From Candidatus Bathyarchaeota archaeon (GTDB taxonomy: Archaea > Thermoproteota > Bathyarchaeia > Bathyarchaeales > Bathycorpusculaceae), in NCBI GenBank assembly GCA_963717465.1, contig OY970340.1:416001-480000 (forward strand): a stretch of 64,000 nt of DNA, in the 5' to 3' direction. This document shows positions 62,731 through 64,000 of the stretch, piece by piece. Below the pieces are notes generated by a model. That model made no database searches. It had not been told where the DNA came from and worked only from the letters and a program-made list of their open reading frames with translations. The position numbers were made by a program, and so were the translations under genes. The first letter of the stretch is position 1; every line of letters begins with the position of its first letter.

Positions 62731-64000
62731 CTAGGAAATGTTCGCTGAGTACACTTTTGCAAGGTTTACTTTGAAGCACCAAGCTCCAAGTTCTGGACTT
62801 AGCTGTTCAGGGTCGTCTGGGATTGTTTGATTGATGTTCCAATCTAGCCATCCGTGAAGACTTGGCTCTTCACCTGGTAGCTCAGGACGCCACCAACTGT
62901 GCTCAGGATCAATAACTTTTGGATTATGACCAAAGTCATATCTTACTGTCTGTCTGCATCTACCAACGGGAGTTTCGATGTAAACCCATTCACCATCTCC
63001 AATACCCATGTTGCGCGCTGTCAAAGGATGCATCTTCACACGCGGAACAGGACGCAAATGCCTCATTAAACTAATATGCCGTAGCTCAGCATGGTGTGCT
63101 TCTTGGAATCTGGCACCACTAGTCATGATTAAAGGGTAGTCCTTGGCTATATCAGGAGCGCTGATTGGCGTCCACGCATTCTCCACATAATACGGCAACG
63201 GATTGTACTCAAGCTCCTCCAGAATGGTTGAGTAGAACGCAACCTTGCCCTCAGGAGTACCAAAACCAACCGCCTCTCCCGTCTCCGAATCGAGCTCCGC
63301 ATACTTCTTGAACCTTGGCTCCCATGGCGGCACACCCCTCCATTCCTCATTAACTTGCTTACGCGTCCAGCCAGTTGGCTCATAGAAATAGTCCTGAAAT
63401 TCCTCCAAACTCTTCCAAGTCCAGGCTTTATCAACTCTTTCCTTACCAACCACGGCAACCGCAAGATCGCGATATATCAGTGCGTCATCTCTTAGATCCC
63501 ACAGTCCAGGTATTTTCTCAGGCAATGCACGATCACCAGCAATCTCAAACTCAATATTCCCCTGACATGAAACAGTCGCGTAGCCAGAAGGCCTCTCAAA
63601 TTGACTGGTGCCAGGCAGCACATAATCTGCAATCATAGCCTCAGGAGTCATCTGAGCACATTCAATGTACACGAAGAGTTCAAGCTTCTTTATGCCCTCA
63701 TAAGCCTTTTTGATATTTGGATAACCTCTCATCGGACCTACTTCACCGCAAATCATCGCCTTGATCGGATATGGTTTCTCAGTTATCATTGCATCTATTA
63801 GGTCAGGGAAAACTGGAGCTAATGGTCCAGCGCTTCCAGGGCCCTTCCAATATCCTCTAGCCATGCTTGCCATACCAATGGCGCCACCACCGGGAACAGT
63901 CAGCATTTTATATTTGTCCGAACCTATCTGTTTCATCATGAAACTTGGATCGGACTCCATAAGAATATTTGTAAACGCTTCACTTCCCGTGCGGAATTTT
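62731..64000 (-). CDS. Bis-MGD (DMSO reductase family) oxidoreductase, acetylene hydratase/dehydroxylase-like clade; 5' truncated
   Basis: PYPIKAM, MTPEAMIADYVLP...ERP, GFGTPEGKV, YPLIMTSGAR, HSWWRPE. Confidence 0.88.
   Translation of the reverse strand, partial: KFRTGSEAFTNILMESDPSFMMKQIGSDKYKMLTVPGGGAIGMASMARGYWKGPGSAGPLAPVFPDLIDAMITEKPYPIKAMICGEVGPMRGYPNIKKAYEGIKKLELFVYIECAQMTPEAMIADYVLPGTSQFERPSGYATVSCQGNIEFEIAGDRALPEKIPGLWDLRDDALIYRDLAVAVVGKERVDKAWTWKSLEEFQDYFYEPTGWTRKQVNEEWRGVPPWEPRFKKYAELDSETGEAVGFGTPEGKVAFYSTILEELEYNPLPYYVENAWTPISAPDIAKDYPLIMTSGARFQEAHHAELRHISLMRHLRPVPRVKMHPLTARNMGIGDGEWVYIETPVGRCRQTVRYDFGHNPKVIDPEHSWWRPELPGEEPSLHGWLDWNINQTIPDDPEQLSPELGAWCFKVNLAKVYSANIS

Noticed and set aside
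806..63801. Numerous short antisense or overlapping ORFs in the track (e.g. 806-1171, 9990-10358, 28147-28653)
   Set aside because: Shadow frames of well-supported genes with no independent motifs
1..64000. tRNA, rRNA, CRISPR arrays, transposases, integrases
   Set aside because: None recognised by eye; intergenic gaps are short and AT-rich, though a tRNAscan/Infernal run would be needed to exclude small RNAs

Overview
Archaeal chromosomal window, dominated by core genes (histone, Alba, rpS17e, rpS25e, LysW pathway, tetraether synthase). Gene content and style suggest Bathyarchaeia, but that is an inference. Contents in order: larC/larE; a sulfide-dependent homocysteine trio (DUF39-CBS, NIL-ferredoxin, UPF0280); a ~19 kb amino-acid supercluster (argG-argH-carA-carB, a divergent ACT-domain regulator, thrB-thrC-hom-lysC, lysW-lysX-like-lysY-lysZ-lysJ-lysK); a ~6 kb accessory block (surface-anchored putative glycoside hydrolase, TrmB regulator, two SnoaL/NTF2 proteins); lysM, an MNT-HEPN toxin-antitoxin pair and a beta-decarboxylating dehydrogenase; housekeeping genes (aspS, sucCD, pgk, bacterial-type gap, GH57/GT4 alpha-glucan cluster, tldD/pmbA, EndoQ, TatD, tes); and a partial acetylene-hydratase-clade molybdoenzyme. 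About 15 genes are broken by 1-nt indels, most likely long-read consensus errors. The best new signal is an ungapped 58-bp promoter/operator block (42/58 identical) shared by the argGH-carAB and lysW operons. It overlaps the promoter of an uncharacterised HTH-ACT regulator and suggests an archaeal arginine regulon without ArgR, paired with a strongly divergent LysX/ArgX ligase. I saw no rRNA, tRNA, CRISPR array or transposase.
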